Below are positions 32,107-42,968 of a DNA stretch of 64,000 nucleotides, piece after piece. The translations under genes and the position numbers were made by a program. The notes under the pieces were generated by a model. It worked only from the letters and a program-made list of their open reading frames with translations. It made no database searches and was not told where the DNA came from. Numbering within the stretch: the first letter of the stretch is position 1; each line of letters opens with the position of its first letter. The stretch covers positions 192,001 through 256,000 of the forward strand of contig CM000433.1 of NCBI GenBank assembly GCA_000165345.1, read 5' to 3'.

Positions 32107-33192
32107 TTAAATATAGGTTTGACTTGTTTTAATAGGGATCTTTTGCGATATTTCTTTTTCAAAATTATTCAATGATTCATTTTCATTTAATTTTAATATT
32201 GAAAGCGATCTCAAATATTTTTCTACCGATGCACAAATCTGTCTTTTCTTTAATTGACTAAATCTATAATTAACTACTGGACAAGTTCCTCCTTTAATTC
32301 GAGCCCCTCGTTTCAAATAACAATCGCAATTAGAAGATATTTCATTAGGACAAAAGGGAGTACTCCCATCATATGGCTGATACCACCAACTGTCATCATG
32401 CAAAAAGTATGTTCCAACAGGATATTGACAAATTGGAGGTTCTACATTTCTTATTTCTCTCACTAAAACAGCTTTAATTAAATTCCCCATTTCTTGATCA
32501 GATTTCCATTCGAGTTCGTAATTACCTATATATTTATCAAATTCGTAATTACCCAGCCCACTTGTTTCCCATTCTTTAACATAAGAGTTGGGTTTTTGGA
32601 CAATTTCAACAACTATTTGCCACCACTTTTTGGACTCCTTGATTTTGAATGGTGCAGAATACAATCCAAAGCTTGCATATAAAAGCGAGGGTGAAGTAAA
32701 AATAAAATATTGGTTTGGGATATGTCCTTTCCGAATATGAACTGTTTTATTATTTGGAATCACTAGTCTCTTGTCTTTTAGTATACTTTTTATTGCCTTA
32801 TGAGTTGTTCCATGATAAGACAAATCCCAATTTTTGACATTTTCCTCTTCGAATTTACTTATTTTTAAAGGATATCTTGACCATCCATTGAGTTCTACAC
32901 CTGAATTAGGATCACTTTCATTAATTTTACAATGATCACGACAACAAGTTTTTTTTTCAAAGTCTAAATAGCTTTTTAGGTTGAGTAATTCAATTAATTG
33001 ATCTGTATTATTGATACACTGACAACCTTTTGACAGATTAAAATTTTTTTGAGATGATTTTTCATCAATTTTATATTTAAGATTCAAAATATTTGCCGAA
33101 TTTGAAGTTTTTTTTTCACTATTTAAATTATTATTTATAAAGATTTGTTCATAGAAATCAAATAATTTACTTCGCTCACTTGCTTTTTGCAT
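32107..33192 (-). CDS. Hypothetical protein (361 aa) with a Cys-rich C-terminus and an H-G-T...hydrophobic block, possibly an ADP-ribosyltransferase-like fold
   Basis: Intact ORF with an ATG. The segment YHGTTHKAIKSILKDKRLVIPNNKTVHIRKGHIPNQYFIFTSPSLLYASFGLYS is loosely reminiscent of H-Y-E/PARP-type or Tpt1-type NAD-binding cores. No confident family assignment. Confidence 0.45.
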   Translation of the reverse strand: MQKASERSKLFDFYEQIFINNNLNSEKKTSNSANILNLKYKIDEKSSQKNFNLSKGCQCINNTDQLIELLNLKSYLDFEKKTCCRDHCKINESDPNSGVELNGWSRYPLKISKFEEENVKNWDLSYHGTTHKAIKSILKDKRLVIPNNKTVHIRKGHIPNQYFIFTSPSLLYASFGLYSAPFKIKESKKWWQIVVEIVQKPNSYVKEWETSGLGNYEFDKYIGNYELEWKSDQEMGNLIKAVLVREIRNVEPPICQYPVGTYFLHDDSWWYQPYDGSTPFCPNEISSNCDCYLKRGARIKGGTCPVVNYRFSQLKKRQICASVEKYLRSLSILKLNENESLNNFEKEISQKIPIKTSQTYI

Positions 33193-33418
33193 GCGTATAG
33201 AAAAGCTATAGAAACTAAATAATTCAATAATCAGGCTTGCTACCTTGATCTTTATCTAAAAATAATTACTTTCTTTGAAGCAATTGATTTAAGATGATTT
33301 TAACCTTAAAATACTATTTTATAATTTACCCTAACCTTTTTTAAAGATGCAAAAAAAAAAAAAAAACAGGTTTGGAATTTACCACATTTATATAAAAATT
33401 TAAAAATATAAAAATTGA

Positions 33419-36190
33419 TTAAATTAATCCTAAAAGTTGTTTGATTTCATTTGAAACAATAAAAGATTTTTTAATGCCATATATTAACTCTAGACAAATG
33501 ATTAATATCTCATTGCTTTTCTGATCCCAGAAAAAATGAGTTCTCCTAATATTGTTCCATTCAAACCCTTTATTTGGAGTAGCATTAATAAAGTCATTTA
33601 AAGCGTCTCTTTGAGATTGAAAATCCCCATTTAACAACTCAAATGCAATATAATGTATCCACGTATCACCTATCTTATTATCAATTTCCAGTGCACTTTT
33701 GAACCATTTTCTTGACTTATGAAAATCATTTTCTTTCCAAAATGATATTGCAATAGCAACCAATACATAAGGATCATTTCCACACTGTTCTAAAGCAATT
33801 AAAAATTTGGATTTTTGTTTTTGCTTTTGTTCAGTGAAAATGCTTTCTGCGTATAGCAATCCAGATTTTGGGCATTCTTTTAATGCTTTAGATAAAATTT
33901 GTGGGATAAACTCATTATTTCCTGCATTTTTTTCCAACTTAATTGTTTGCATCCACAATTCTGGTTGATTTTTGTTTTTTGAACGGGCCAAATCTAGAAA
34001 TGTTCTAGCTTTCTTCCAATTTTGCAAAAGCATTAATAATTCAATAGTAGAAAACCACAATTCTATTGAATCGCTGCAGAAGTTCAATCCTTCTTCGTAT
34101 ATTTTCAAGGCTTCATTGATCCGATCAGGAAAGGCTTTTCGATAAATAAATCCATATAAAAGCCATAAATTTGGAGAGCTTGGATATTCTTTAACAGACT
34201 CAGAGCAGTAGAGTATACACAAGTCATAGTTTTTTTGGTCATTTTCTAGCTTGATTGATTCAACCCAAATTTGTACCGATGGAGAGTTAGTTCTTTCTCT
34301 CTCTAAAATAATCTTGGCACGTTCTATTTCACCCTGAGATAGTTCTAATCTTGCTGCCTCCAATACTATTTCTTCTTTATCGTTTAAGCTCGAAGAATAT
34401 CCTTTCGACAGAATTAATCGTGCAATTTCGGCATTCCCATTTGCTGATTGATTTTGTGCGGCTTTCAACCAAAGTATTTGTTTGTCCGGACAATTCTTAA
34501 GTGATTTTTGTAAAACATGATCTACCTTTTCAAAGTTACCATACTTTTCTTCAAAATTAGCCCATTTTATCCAAAAATATTCTTTTGACTTAAACATATC
34601 TGCAGATGATTCAAACATAGCACGTGCAGATATTATATTATTTGATTTTATGAAGTTATCTATATAGGAAAAAACTTGATCATTAATTGCGTCATCATCA
34701 ATTCCAAGATTCCATGTATTTTTTATTATTGAAATACATGTATTTGAATAACCCTCTTTTTCGCATTCCCCTGCCCTATTTAACCAATCATCTCTTGAGT
34801 GTACAAACCTTTTAGCGGATAAATTTGAAATACAGCGTTTAACAATTAATTCGACTTTCTCAACTTTTCCATTTTGCTCTTCTAACTTTGCTGCTTCTAC
34901 CCAAATACCAGGAAATGTAGGCAATACTTTTCTTGCTTCATTTAGTATCTTTTGCGCATCGCAGTATTCGCTTAATCTTGCATATCTTAGCCAAAGCTCC
35001 TCAGATTGAGGTACACACTTTACAGCCTTTGATAGTAGAGCTTTTTCAGATTCATTATCAACAAGTGATATTGCTTCTTTCCAAAGTTTAATTGAATTTG
35101 GAATAAATTCAAGAGCTTTTTTAATTATTAGTAACTTTTTATTTTTATTTGTCTCTCTATTAGCTGCAACCATCCAAACTTTAGTTGAGTTTGGGATAAA
35201 TTTTATTGATTTCACAATTATTTTGTCTATTTGTTCTGGCTTTCCTAATCTAATAGCCTCCAGCCAAATATCTTCATTCTTTGGGCACATTTCACAACCT
35301 TTTGCAATAATTTCTCTTGCATGGGAAAGTCTACCTACGAACTCTTCGAATCTGGCTGCAGCTATCCAACCTGGAGAATGTTTAGGGTTTGTATTTACTA
35401 CTGATTTAAGTAATAGCCTTGCTTTTTTAATATCAGATAGATCCCCATTTAATTTAATACCAGCTGTGTTTAAAGAACTGAGATATTTTGATGGGTCAAT
35501 AACAGATTGTCCAGAAACACTGCCCATTGCCTTATCTAATTTTAAAGAAAGGATATTACCCTTAGCTGTTCCAAGCTCATTCAATTCAGTAGTAAGTTCA
35601 GTGTTTAATTCTGAATTAGAACAGTTTTTTTGGGTTAGAGTTTCAAACAAGTTCTTATGTGAAGATTGTATAATTTCATCTGGTACAGGCAAGAAAAGTT
35701 TTGGTTTCTTGTTCTTAATATAATAGTCTCCTGGTTCAGGAATTTGATCCCATTCTTCAATTTTTACGTCCCCCAAAGATTTCTTAAGACCTGAAAACTG
35801 CTCTTGTAAAGTCGGCCTATGTTCTCTTACCTTAAGAATCTCCTCTCTAATTTTCTTTTCTTTTTGTTTTTTTCTTCTGGTAGACAATTTCTCTTCAATC
35901 ATTTCATATATCGAATCTGCTTGCCGATCATCATCATCGTATTTAATATCATTAAATAGATGTTCATTAAACCCAGAAAATTTATCAAACTTGGTATCAG
36001 AATAATCACCAATATCAGCCTCAATTGTAATTGTTTGATCATCTCTACTGACTCCGCTTGCAAACCCAATAGCACCACGGCCTTTTCCAGGAACATAGTC
36101 TGGCGGTGGCTCGCCAAAAATATTATGTTTTTTTGAAATCTGTAGATCTGAAGAATTTATTCCAAGAGGATATGTATAAGAATTATTCAT
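33419..36190 (-). CDS. PRPF6: Pre-mRNA-processing factor 6 (PRP6/PRPF6), a U4/U6.U5 tri-snRNP HAT/TPR-repeat protein
   Basis: 923 aa. The N-terminal PRP6_N signature is FGEPPPDYVPGKGRGAIGFAS. It is followed by many HAT-type helical repeats (W..AA.LEE, W...A.LE patterns) through to the C-terminus. Confidence 0.85.
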   Translation of the reverse strand: MNNSYTYPLGINSSDLQISKKHNIFGEPPPDYVPGKGRGAIGFASGVSRDDQTITIEADIGDYSDTKFDKFSGFNEHLFNDIKYDDDDRQADSIYEMIEEKLSTRRKKQKEKKIREEILKVREHRPTLQEQFSGLKKSLGDVKIEEWDQIPEPGDYYIKNKKPKLFLPVPDEIIQSSHKNLFETLTQKNCSNSELNTELTTELNELGTAKGNILSLKLDKAMGSVSGQSVIDPSKYLSSLNTAGIKLNGDLSDIKKARLLLKSVVNTNPKHSPGWIAAARFEEFVGRLSHAREIIAKGCEMCPKNEDIWLEAIRLGKPEQIDKIIVKSIKFIPNSTKVWMVAANRETNKNKKLLIIKKALEFIPNSIKLWKEAISLVDNESEKALLSKAVKCVPQSEELWLRYARLSEYCDAQKILNEARKVLPTFPGIWVEAAKLEEQNGKVEKVELIVKRCISNLSAKRFVHSRDDWLNRAGECEKEGYSNTCISIIKNTWNLGIDDDAINDQVFSYIDNFIKSNNIISARAMFESSADMFKSKEYFWIKWANFEEKYGNFEKVDHVLQKSLKNCPDKQILWLKAAQNQSANGNAEIARLILSKGYSSSLNDKEEIVLEAARLELSQGEIERAKIILERERTNSPSVQIWVESIKLENDQKNYDLCILYCSESVKEYPSSPNLWLLYGFIYRKAFPDRINEALKIYEEGLNFCSDSIELWFSTIELLMLLQNWKKARTFLDLARSKNKNQPELWMQTIKLEKNAGNNEFIPQILSKALKECPKSGLLYAESIFTEQKQKQKSKFLIALEQCGNDPYVLVAIAISFWKENDFHKSRKWFKSALEIDNKIGDTWIHYIAFELLNGDFQSQRDALNDFINATPNKGFEWNNIRRTHFFWDQKSNEILIICLELIYGIKKSFIVSNEIKQLLGLI

Positions 36191-36275
36191 TCTTACAAAT
36201 AAAATCTTTGCATTTAAATGTGTCTAATTTTTGTTTCTAAATTACCGCATTTTATATTTAGATGATAATATTCGC

Positions 36276-37066
36276 TTATTTTGTATTAAATTGCTCATTA
36301 ATCAATAGTTCCACATATGCCCTTGGACCTTCTATTATACCTTCCTTAGTTTTAATTATCCATTTCTCATCTTCAAGAAAAGAGATAGTTTTTTCTACTG
36401 AATGTTTTATCTTAACAATCAATTTAATAATTAATATTAAACTTACTTTCTTCTATGGAACAATTTTCAAAGGACTTTTGTGAGCATATTTCCTCAAATG
36501 GAATGGGGTAATCTTTTGAAAAAGTCAGAAGATTGATACGATTTAATATTTACTTACCTTTCTCAGTTATTAGTTTTAAAATATCTGTAATACCTATTAA
36601 TACCAATCCAAATTATGTAAAGTTTACATACCTTTTATTTCATTATAATCTTTAATTTTCTTAAGTCCAAGATTTAGAAATCCAAACTTTTCTTTGCTTA
36701 TGCTTTCTATGCCTTCATTAGAATGAACGTTACTCCTTAGACCAATGAAGTCGTTTTCGTTATTTCCCTTAGTGAATACAACTTCTAATAAAAGCGAACA
36801 TAATTCATCATTGCAGGCATTGACCAATTCAAAAATATTTTCAAAATCTCCTCTTGAGTTCTCCTAATACTGATGAGATTTTTATAATAAATATTATTAC
36901 TTACATTTAATACATTTAGGAAATTATTTGCATCTTTCACACTTGTTACCTAGCAAAAGTAAAGTGGTTTAATTGTCTAACAGAGGTAACTCACTTTTAC
37001 AAGAAGCATGCACTGAATAAATAAAGAGATAACTTTACTTCTTCCAGTTATTGTTCCAGAAATCAT
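36276..37066 (-). CDS. Five-exon micro-gene encoding a protein of about 172 aa with unknown function (exons 36995..37066, 36632..36863, 36558..36584, 36447..36512, 36276..36397)
   Basis: The track ORF 36624..36827 starts at a TTG, and there is no in-frame ATG back to a TAG that abuts a TATTAG acceptor. The upstream exon is ATG..GTA AAA plus a GTGAGT donor (intron 131 nt). Downstream donors are GTATGT, GTAAGT and GTAAGT, with acceptors TTACAG, CAAAAG and CATTCAG (introns 47, 45 and 49 nt). All phases are consistent, and the product ends ...GPRAYVELLINEQFNTK*. Confidence 0.4.
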
Positions 37067-37141
37067 TTTGTGAGAAGATATTAGCGCTCTAATAATTTCT
37101 ATATTTTATTATTAATCATTAATTGCTGGCTTTTGAATAAT

Positions 37142-37773
37142 ATGATTTCTGATCTTATAATTAAAGAAGAAGTTGGGCCAGGAAATGTCCCTAAGGCTCT
37201 ATTTATTTCATCAATAGAAGAATTTGTTGGCGATAGACCAGTTTATGGTATATTAGAAAATATCCAGTTACTTAATAGAAAATATAAAATAATGGAAAGT
37301 TCAATAAAGACTCAACAAGAATATCTTATTGCCAAGATTCCAGATATTGAATTGGCAATAGAATCGGTTTTTCAAAGAAAAAAATTGCTGGTACGTTAAT
37401 TGTTTAAAAATCTAGAACATTAATATTAATTTAGGAGAATAACTTGAATAAAAACGAATTATACTTTCCTGTTTCTGACAATTTATTTGCAAAATGTTCT
37501 TCTCCCCCGTCAAATACAATTTACCTTTGGTTAGGTGTAAGTTATTAAAGAATTATTTGATTATTTAACTCCTTTTAGGCAAATACAATATTAGAATATC
37601 CATTGGAAGAAGCGATTGAAGTGTTAAAGAGTAATCTTTCTACAGCTAAAAACACGATAAAACTATACCAGGAATCCTTAGATTTCATTAGGGAACAAAT
37701 AACCATTATGGATGTAAACACCGCGAGAGTTCATAACTACGGTGTTATGCAAAGAAAACAAAACAAAGTATAG
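37142..37773 (+). CDS. PFDN3: Prefoldin subunit 3 (VBP1/PFDN3), 3 exons: 37142..37390, 37435..37536, 37579..37773
   Basis: The true ATG is at 37142; the track's TTG at 37133 is upstream in frame. Donors are GTACGT and GTAAGT; acceptors are TTAATTTAG and CCTTTTAG (introns 44 and 42 nt). The spliced product reads NLFAKCSSPPSNTIYLWLGANTILEYPLEEAIEVLKSNLSTAKNTIKLYQESLDFIREQITIMDVNTARVHNYGVMQRKQNK, which closely parallels VBP1 ([26 protein letters not shown]...EDLDFLRDQFTTTEVNMARVYNWDVKRRNK). Confidence 0.8.
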
Positions 37774-37926
37774 TTTATCACTCTTAAAATAGATAATTAA
37801 TACTTTTTCTAGGATTGGAAGAGTCACGCATTATTGCAAACTAACCTAGGAACAAACTAATTAGAAATAAATATCTAAAAGTTCATTCTCTCACATTAAA
37901 TTGACCGATGAATGTAATAATAAACT

Positions 37927-38385
37927 TCATGGACTCATATTACCCTTTTTACCTTTTTTCCCTATTAAAGCCTTACCCATAAGAGACTTTTCTATGTGAG
38001 GTATTACACCACCACCTGCAATTGTGGCCTTAATAAGGGAGTCCAGCTCTTCGTCACCTCTAATGGCAAGTTGAAGATGTCTAGGCGTAATACGTTTGAC
38101 TTTAAGATCCTTTGAAGCATTACCAGCCAATTCGAGTACTTCAGCGGTCAAGTATTCCAAAATTGCAGCTGCGTAAACAGAGGCAGTTGAACCTACACGA
38201 CAATCTCCTGGAATACGATGCTTTAGCATACGTTGAATACGGCCGACTGGAAACTGAAGCCCTGCACGAGCTGCTCTGGAAGTCGGTTGCTTCTTACTTC
38301 CCTTACCAGAACCTGCTTTTCCTTTTCCACCAACCTTGCCACCAACTTTACCACCTATTTTACCTGATGAGGTTGCGCCATCCAT
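37927..38385 (-). CDS. H2AZ: Histone H2A.Z variant
   Basis: 152 aa from the ATG at 38385; the track starts 3 codons earlier at a [18 protein letters not shown]...[56 protein letters not shown] is the H2A.Z signature rather than canonical H2A. Confidence 0.9.
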   Translation of the reverse strand: MDGATSSGKIGGKVGGKVGGKGKAGSGKGSKKQPTSRAARAGLQFPVGRIQRMLKHRIPGDCRVGSTASVYAAAILEYLTAEVLELAGNASKDLKVKRITPRHLQLAIRGDEELDSLIKATIAGGGVIPHIEKSLMGKALIGKKGKKGNMSP

Positions 38386-38513
38386 AATTAGCAATATTAA
38401 AAATATAAGCAGTCTTGGTTAAAAAGATATTTCTTCGTTAAGCTCAATACAAATGAACTTTATCAGATGATATAATGAGCAGATTATTTTGTTTCATGTG
38501 GACAAATTAGACA

Positions 38514-38525
38514 TTAGGCGCGCAC
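38514..38525. promoter_or_regulatory. E2F-like box TTAGGCGCGCAC in the H2A.Z / PCID2 divergent promoter
   Basis: It sits about 125 bp upstream of the H2A.Z ATG (38385, minus). The rest of the interval is AT-rich. Confidence 0.4.
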
Positions 38526-38914
38526 TAAATACCGCAATACAGTAAATTGCATGAGTAATTTTTAAATCGTAAAAAAGTAAAGTGCCACTATTTAGTTTTT
38601 CTAACTCGATTACATTTTTAATTTCGACCTCTGCATTTTGGTTAGTTTATATGGGTTTTGTTCATTAATAATACACTTATTTTTGAAATTAGAGTAGTAG
38701 CCTCTATTCAAATCAACGCTAAAATGCGATTACAATCGTATTCGATTTCTTATTTACGTTTATAAATATTCATATGTATTATTATTATATATGTATTACA
38801 ATCTGGCTAAGGTTAAAATTATTAGTTCCGCATCAATAAGTATTTTTGCTCTTAGTTTGGAAAAAAAGGTCTAGGTAGTGCGCCAGTTCTTGATAATAGT
38901 TAAGATGTCAAAGA

Positions 38915-40192
38915 ATGGTTTCTTCAAATGAATATAAGAACATCCTGGAGTGGATCGCATCTGTACATTTGTCTGTTTCAAATAGAGATGGGAGAAATCT
39001 GTCGAACCTATTTAATTTGAGGAATTTTAGAAATACTATTAAAGGCAATCTCTGTTCTTTTTATACCCAGGACATCAAATTACTCACCCAAAAATCTTTC
39101 CAAAATAAAAAAAATCTGTTTTCTGGGTCTCTTTCAGTAATTATTGAGAACTTTTTAGAATTATATAAGGAATTAATGAAAAAAAATTGCCAATGGGCCA
39201 ATATTCTTATTAATGGGACTGTAATTCTGAATTCTTGGATTGAAATATATCGAGACCAAGAAGCATTTCCCTGTCACTGGGTGGTTCCAGTACTATCATC
39301 AACGTGCATATTAATATCAAAGATAGGTATTATGGCAGATACGATGCTTAATTCTGGAGATTTAGATGATGACGAAAATGAAGATTATCAAAATAAATAT
39401 CAAATTTCAGTCTTAAATTCGATCAGGCAGCAAATTGGGAAATTTAGAGGTGACGATGATAGACAAGCTGGGTATGTAATTTTGATGACTGAAAGCATTA
39501 AGTGTTGCATGCAATTAAGAAATATGCAAATGGCTTCAACATTTTTAAAACATATAGAATCATCCAATATTAATCGGAATAGAGTTCCAAAAGGCCCAAT
39601 GGTTTTATTTTGTTATTTTCTAGGGAAATTGTATATGCAACAAGATAGATTTGTTCTTGCTGAAGAACAACTAATCTGGGCATTTGGAAACAGCGGAAAG
39701 AACAATAAATTAAAAAGAAATATTCTTGAATGTTTGATACCTGTAAAATTTAGGTTAGGATTTATCCCTAATATTTCACTGCTTAAAAAGTACAACCTAG
39801 AACACTATTTTGAGATATCAAAAGCTATATTACAAGGTAATATTAAACGATTTGACGCTGCAATTGAAAAATACTCATCGTTATTTATAAATCATGGAAC
39901 TATACTTTGCATTGAAAAAGTTAAGTTTATTTTATATAGGAATTTAATGAGGAGAATTCGCAATTGGTGTCGTAAAAATCTTAAGGGCGATCCAAATAAA
40001 CTCACATTTTCTGTTTTTGATGCAGGCTTCAAGTGGCAGTCAGATGAATTATTTGACCAACAGGAAATGGCATGTATTTGTGCAAACCTAATAAAATTAG
40101 GTTATATTAAAGGCTACATTTCTTGGGAACATCAAGTGATAGTATTTTCTGTTAATGATCCTTTCCCAAAATTAAGTAACGTTAAATCATAG
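38915..40192 (+). CDS. PCI-domain protein of the PCID2/Thp1/CSN12 family (TREX-2/signalosome-like)
   Basis: 425 aa. The C-terminal PCI/winged-helix tail MACICANLIKLGYIKGYISWEHQVIVFSVNDPFPKLS matches the family's characteristic ...NLI..G.IKGYIS......V.SK..PFP ending. An out-of-frame uATG at 38904 opens a short uORF. Confidence 0.6.
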   Translation: MVSSNEYKNILEWIASVHLSVSNRDGRNLSNLFNLRNFRNTIKGNLCSFYTQDIKLLTQKSFQNKKNLFSGSLSVIIENFLELYKELMKKNCQWANILINGTVILNSWIEIYRDQEAFPCHWVVPVLSSTCILISKIGIMADTMLNSGDLDDDENEDYQNKYQISVLNSIRQQIGKFRGDDDRQAGYVILMTESIKCCMQLRNMQMASTFLKHIESSNINRNRVPKGPMVLFCYFLGKLYMQQDRFVLAEEQLIWAFGNSGKNNKLKRNILECLIPVKFRLGFIPNISLLKKYNLEHYFEISKAILQGNIKRFDAAIEKYSSLFINHGTILCIEKVKFILYRNLMRRIRNWCRKNLKGDPNKLTFSVFDAGFKWQSDELFDQQEMACICANLIKLGYIKGYISWEHQVIVFSVNDPFPKLSNVKS

Positions 40193-40217
40193 TTATTTTC
40201 AGTTAGTAATTTAAGTT

Positions 40218-40952
40218 TTATTGATAATCATCCACTAATGTCCAGACCTGGAATGCATTGACAAGGAAGTCCTCGTGGCTTGATAGAGTTGGAGAATCAT
40301 ATGTTGAACACGGAGATGACCAACCTCTAAAGAACTCTCCATCGATTGTTAATGAATATGATCCACCACCTCCTATTGCAATCCTTGAGTTATCAGTATA
40401 TATGTAAAAGCAATTTTTGCCGCTCCATGGAAAAACGCTTATTCGTGAAATAGATTTTGATGATTCCTTTAAATTGTCTCCATTTTTTCTAAAGTTGCTT
40501 TCTTCTCGTGCAAGTCTATATTCACTAACTGCAAATTCTGTAAAGCAATCTTTCATCGATGTCCTGAGGTCGCAATTACTTTTGCTTGGTTCTAAATAGT
40601 TAAATTCGGTTTTTTCTGTTGGGTTTTTTGTATCAATAGTAGATAGTTGCTTGTATGTAAAAACAAACATCTCACCTGTTCCATAATAATTGGTTGAATT
40701 TCTTATCGACTCGGAAATAAATGCACCGAATACAACGCCGTTGGTATCACGCACAACTAAGATGCTTGGACCTTTATTTGAAACTCTTCTATAAAAAGAA
40801 CCAAAAGATACCCCATGTAGCTTTGAACAGAATGAAAGTTGCCACCTTCTGAGAGCTAGAACAATAGGCAAATAAGATGTAATTTCATCAACCATACCTT
40901 CATTTAGTATTTTTTTTGCTCCCTCTGGAACTTTGAAACTTGTGAGCCACAT
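40218..40952 (-). CDS. TLDc-domain protein (OXR1/NCOA7/MEAK7-like)
   Basis: 244 aa. TLDc hallmarks: GPSILVVRDTNGVVFGAFISE, GTGEMFVFT, AIGGGGSYSLTIDGEFFRGWSSPCSTYDSPTL. Confidence 0.65.
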   Translation of the reverse strand: MWLTSFKVPEGAKKILNEGMVDEITSYLPIVLALRRWQLSFCSKLHGVSFGSFYRRVSNKGPSILVVRDTNGVVFGAFISESIRNSTNYYGTGEMFVFTYKQLSTIDTKNPTEKTEFNYLEPSKSNCDLRTSMKDCFTEFAVSEYRLAREESNFRKNGDNLKESSKSISRISVFPWSGKNCFYIYTDNSRIAIGGGGSYSLTIDGEFFRGWSSPCSTYDSPTLSSHEDFLVNAFQVWTLVDDYQ

Positions 40953-41325
40953 GAAATAACTAATCGAGCATCCATATCATTACATTAATGTGTGCTATAT
41001 TAATTTTAGGATAAAGTATTTACCGCCGACCAAACACATGGCAATTGAGAGGGAAATTGAGAGGGCAAATAAAAAAAAAAAAGCAGTAAATAATACCAAA
41101 GGCATTATATCGAATTAAGCAAAGAAACTTATGAAAACTGTATTACCTAGCAACTCTATCTTAATGGTTAACTGCAACGGCAATCCGAATGACCAACTAC
41201 AATTAAAACCAACATCTGCTTAAAATGTAATTATAAAGTAACAAGATAAACCTATATGATTGTACCTCGTTTCATCCGTATATTGAAGCAGATCTCGGCA
41301 GACTTAACCAGCTAAAAAAGATTTC

Positions 41326-41934
41326 TTAGTTTTGGCCTGCCAATCTTAAGATCGTCTGTTCCTCAGTAGATAATTTGCTAAATACGGATTTTTGGGCAGC
41401 TCTTAGAGCCTTATCTTTGGCAACCTTCTTAACAAAGAATGCATGGGATCTCTCCTTTCTCTTTTCCTCTAATGCACTAATAGTCTTACATTTGTTGTAC
41501 CCAACTAAGGATGACAATGTTCCAAGCGTAGTGTACTTTCTTTGGGGTTTTAAACGCAATACACGAAGTGATGATGGAACAACGACACGCTTAACTTTGT
41601 CAAAGGGAGCAGGGCAGCCATCTATTGTAGTTAACCTAGCTAGTGCAGCAGCGCCTCTTGGAGTCTTATGTGGTATCATTCCGCGAACAGCTCTAAATAG
41701 AATCTTCGAAGGGGCACGATGATGGAAAGGTCCCTTTCTTGGATTTGTGTTCATTCGTTTACGTAAAAAGTCTTGGTACTTCATACGGTTTCTATAGAGT
41801 GATCCTGATATATTTATTCCTTCGCATCTTACTGCGACTATTTTCTGGCCGTTTAATAATTCCTTCGCGATCACAGATGCTAAACGCCCCAACAATGAGC
41901 CACGGCAATCAATCACAATCTTCTCTTTCATCAT
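41326..41934 (-). CDS. RPL13A: 60S ribosomal protein L13a (uL13)
   Basis: 202 aa. [66 protein letters not shown] is near-identical in pattern to eukaryotic RPL13A. Confidence 0.9.
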   Translation of the reverse strand: MMKEKIVIDCRGSLLGRLASVIAKELLNGQKIVAVRCEGINISGSLYRNRMKYQDFLRKRMNTNPRKGPFHHRAPSKILFRAVRGMIPHKTPRGAAALARLTTIDGCPAPFDKVKRVVVPSSLRVLRLKPQRKYTTLGTLSSLVGYNKCKTISALEEKRKERSHAFFVKKVAKDKALRAAQKSVFSKLSTEEQTILRLAGQN

Positions 41935-42116
41935 TTTCTGTTAGATAAAAATTAGGGTGAATAATCCAAGTTTTTATTTATTCTGAATTTACTAGAGTTT
42001 CAGCAAATGGTGTCAAACTATGTTACAATTATTATTCAGAGACAGACATTGCTTTATGCGCGTCTACATTTAGTGCGGTACTAATTGCCGCATTAAAATA
42101 AAAGCGGAATCAATAA

Positions 42117-42917
42117 CTAGTTCCTGAGGAATTTATGATCATTTTCCCATGGATCTAAATTTGCAATATCAATTAAGTTTTCAACATGTTCGCTCTTACT
42201 TTCAATATGTTTTAATAAATTTTTTATGCAATCAAAATATATTGGCTTCAGACCAATACTTTTAATTATTTCTTTTGCAAAATCTTCTCTAATTTGATCA
42301 TTTTCAAACTCAGAAAACTGAATCTTGACGTAATTGTTTTCATTTATTAACAAATTGATTTCGTACTTTGCCATATCACCATATTCGATATTTACAGCTT
42401 GCCCCTCGTTAATTTTTGAAGTAGGTTCAGGATTCAGATCGCATTGATTGGAATCTTGGCTAGTATGATTATCAGAATCCTGAACTTCTTTAAATAGAGG
42501 AGAATTTTGACCATATTTCATCACTTTTAATTGTTTAAAATGATTATTTAAATCTGATTTTTTGCCTATAAAGTTTTTTGTTTCCTCACAATGATTGAAT
42601 AACGCTTTATCATTTTTATCGTACTTTGATAAACAAACATCATTTTTGGAATTATATGTCAATGATAATGAATCGAATTCTTCCAGTTTATTAAATTTAG
42701 GAAAAAATGCGTTTTTAAGTAATTTTCCTATTCTTTCTTTGGCATTTGAAGACCTGTTTTTTAAACTGTTTAGTTCTAAATTATGCTGTAATATTCTGCA
42801 ATTTTCGTTGTAAAGTTCGAATATCAACTTATTTAAATCAAGAATACTATTTTTTAATCTGCCCTCAATTATAATCAGCTCTTCTAAATCAAGCATTTCT
42901 AGTATATTTGCATCCAT
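42117..42917 (-). CDS. Hypothetical protein (266 aa), helical and acidic
   Basis: Intact ATG-initiated ORF; no recognisable domain. Confidence 0.4.
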   Translation of the reverse strand: MDANILEMLDLEELIIIEGRLKNSILDLNKLIFELYNENCRILQHNLELNSLKNRSSNAKERIGKLLKNAFFPKFNKLEEFDSLSLTYNSKNDVCLSKYDKNDKALFNHCEETKNFIGKKSDLNNHFKQLKVMKYGQNSPLFKEVQDSDNHTSQDSNQCDLNPEPTSKINEGQAVNIEYGDMAKYEINLLINENNYVKIQFSEFENDQIREDFAKEIIKSIGLKPIYFDCIKNLLKHIESKSEHVENLIDIANLDPWENDHKFLRN

Positions 42918-42968
42918 AATTGTACAAATCCCATAATATTTACTTAATTCACAAATTTCATCATGCTA

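Noticed and set aside
37133-38394. TTG-initiated starts reported by the ORF track (for example 37133, 38394, 30253, 25373-26404, 36827, 3542, 63940)
   Set aside because: The track evidently allows TTG as a start codon. In each case a nearby in-frame ATG or an upstream spliced exon gives a better eukaryotic model, so I used those instead.
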